A stretch of 27,252 bases of DNA from a virus (Duplodnaviria > Caudoviricetes): positions 1-27,252 of the IMG/VR virus record IMGVR_UViG_3300027672_000069. One strand, written 5' to 3'. The notes below the pieces were generated by a model that saw nothing but the letters and a program-made list of their open reading frames with translations, was not told the DNA's origin and made no database searches. Positions within the stretch are counted from its first letter, which is position 1. Each line of letters begins with the position of its first letter. The translations under genes were made by a program, and so were the position numbers. Below, one piece after another: positions 25,739 to 27,252 of the stretch.

Positions 25739-26095
25739 CATCATGTGCTTTAAGACCTTGTGTTTCTTTCGCCTCACCTCCCCAACAGTAGCAGATTTAA
25801 GAGTCTCGTCAGGTAAATCATCACCCATACCAGATATCTTAAACACAACACCAGTGACAGTATTAAGAACCCTAAACACCTTGTACTTGTTACTCACAAC
25901 CCTTTGCGTATTCTTACCAACAACCCCAGAACTAAATCTTTTAACCTTACCCACCTCTGTCTTTTCTCTAAGCGCCCTCCTCCTACCACGAACTGAATTG
26001 GCACTACACCCCATCCTATCCCCAACCTGAACACCTGTCAGGCCGAGGTTGTATAGGCGTAGCATCTCCACTGTGTTTCTATCGTTCCAAATCAT
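25718..26095 (-). CDS. HTH DNA-binding protein with GcrA-like N-terminus
   Basis: MIWNDRNTVEMLRLYNLGLTGVQVGDRMGCSANSVRGRRRAL matches a W...L..L...G.....I...LG.S.N.V.G pattern; AGGAG RBS. Confidence 0.6.
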   Translation of the reverse strand: MIWNDRNTVEMLRLYNLGLTGVQVGDRMGCSANSVRGRRRALREKTEVGKVKRFSSGVVGKNTQRVVSNKYKVFRVLNTVTGVVFKISGMGDDLPDETLKSATVGEVRRKKHKVLKHMMEYERLM

Positions 26096-26106
26096 ATTAC
26101 TATCTC

Positions 26107-27120
26107 CTAAAAAGTGTTAGCGTGTTTGACAGTGTAGTTGCTCTCGTTGATACCCAACTCGTCAAGCAGGGTATCATATCTGTAACCATAGGAGTGCAGC
26201 AACTTGGCAACAGCCTGTGGGTTCTCTGTCATCACATCCTCAATACGCCGCATCTCTACGTCATCTGCAAAGCCAGCGTCATCGTCATAGTAGTCAAAGG
26301 CTGACTTGTAGTCTTTACCGTACCCAGTGAGATCACCCCAGCCACGTGACCAGTCAACACCCCATAGGCACTCAGGCTCTGCTGTATGGTCACGCACAAA
26401 CACCAGAGCAGACCAGTCAGCCTTGATAAGACGCTCGGACAACTCATTGGCATACCGTAGGTCTTGGGTCTCATTGGACGTATGCTGCTTGTAGTAACCC
26501 ACACTGAGGTTGGTACACTCGGACACAACACTGGCATACTCATTGCTGTCAGTGTAAGAGCCACCATCATCAGGTAGTAACTGAGGCATACCCAGAGCAT
26601 CAGACAGGCTGTGTGCAAACTCATCAGACGCAGTACGGAAGGATGATTGATGGGTGATGATGGACTTGTCACCATAACGGTCAAAGGATATAACAGCCTT
26701 GACCTCCTCAAGCCACTGGGGTCTAGCCTTGACCAATGCCTGACTACCCAAGCAACCTATCTCCTCTGCTGCATGGACAACATACGTACCAATAACACCA
26801 GCCTCAATCATATTAAGCATAAGCCAGATACCAGTGGTACAGTCAGCACCCAGACAGGATGAGGTAGCAGGATCAGCAACAGAAGCAACGTCATTGATGA
26901 CTAGGACATTCTGCATACCACCATTTTTGTGTACGGTATCGTGGTGGGCAGTGAAACAGATAGGTGGATACTGACCAGTCTCATCACTGATGATCTTGAC
27001 GTAATTGCCATGCGTGTCAGGGTAACCGAACACAGGTTCCAAGAACCTCTGACAGAACATGCGCTGGGCTTCACAACCATCTGGACGCATGTAACGCAAC
27101 ATCTCTACTAAACTAAACAT
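26107..27120 (-). CDS. M28/M20-like zinc peptidase (amidohydrolase)
   Basis: Metal ligands in family order: AHHDTVH, LGADC..G, AEEIG..GS, SFDR, GYY.QHT..E. Confidence 0.85.
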   Translation of the reverse strand: MFSLVEMLRYMRPDGCEAQRMFCQRFLEPVFGYPDTHGNYVKIISDETGQYPPICFTAHHDTVHKNGGMQNVLVINDVASVADPATSSCLGADCTTGIWLMLNMIEAGVIGTYVVHAAEEIGCLGSQALVKARPQWLEEVKAVISFDRYGDKSIITHQSSFRTASDEFAHSLSDALGMPQLLPDDGGSYTDSNEYASVVSECTNLSVGYYKQHTSNETQDLRYANELSERLIKADWSALVFVRDHTAEPECLWGVDWSRGWGDLTGYGKDYKSAFDYYDDDAGFADDVEMRRIEDVMTENPQAVAKLLHSYGYRYDTLLDELGINESNYTVKHANTF

Positions 27121-27251
27121 TATACCAATTCTCCTTCTACTTCTTTTTCTACGTGACGGTACGTACCTGTCTTACCAACCTGTACATAGTCATCATCTTC
27201 TTCTACTTCATACCTAGATACATTGGACTCATTGCCACCTACGTCTGTAAC
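27120..27251 (-). CDS. 3' end of an upstream gene (partial, acidic)
   Basis: Open frame ...VTDVGGNESNVSRYEVEEDDDYVQVGKTGTYRHVEKEVEGELV* with TAATG overlap onto the peptidase. Confidence 0.6.
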   Translation of the reverse strand, partial: VTDVGGNESNVSRYEVEEDDDYVQVGKTGTYRHVEKEVEGELV

Positions 27252-27252
27252 A

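Noticed and set aside
15175-27111. Plus-strand and alternate-frame ORFs within the replication arm (e.g. 15862-16230, 22158-22601, 25701-26030, 26256-26711)
   Set aside because: They overlap conserved enzymes or better-supported ORFs and have no independent support.
1-27252. CRISPR array or diversity-generating retroelement
   Set aside because: No regularly spaced repeat-spacer series, no reverse transcriptase, and the repeats found do not show adenine-specific variation.

Overview
Densely coding 27 kb fragment of a marine dsDNA podovirus-like phage, probably infecting an alphaproteobacterium (Roseobacter-type); gene content and layout recall SIO1/cobavirus-like roseophages, but this family call is an inference. 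There are two convergent arms whose last stop codons overlap at 13334-13337. The + arm (1-13337) is virion/late: 3' part of a tail fibre, a triple LamG/ConA adhesin, a tail-fibre chaperone, three small membrane proteins and five probable internal (ejected) virion proteins. One of these has about 22 consecutive 11-residue repeats and another has a lysozyme-like domain. The - arm (13334-27252) is replication/metabolism/early: M28-like peptidase, GcrA-like HTH protein, tyrosine recombinase, ThyX, primase-helicase, PolA, SSB, 5'-3' exonuclease, PD-(D/E)xK nuclease, MazG-like protein, class II RNR, endonuclease VII, DUF3310 and many small ORFs, four of them missing from the supplied track. Most notable observations: a small gene resembling aa3 cytochrome c oxidase subunit IV, an Rmf-like peptide, a gene cassette flanked by direct repeats that give two genes the same C-terminus (EYERLM), and a palindrome-rich AT tract in front of the recombinase. 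No tRNA, rRNA or CRISPR array was seen. All calls come from motif recognition by eye; no searches were run.
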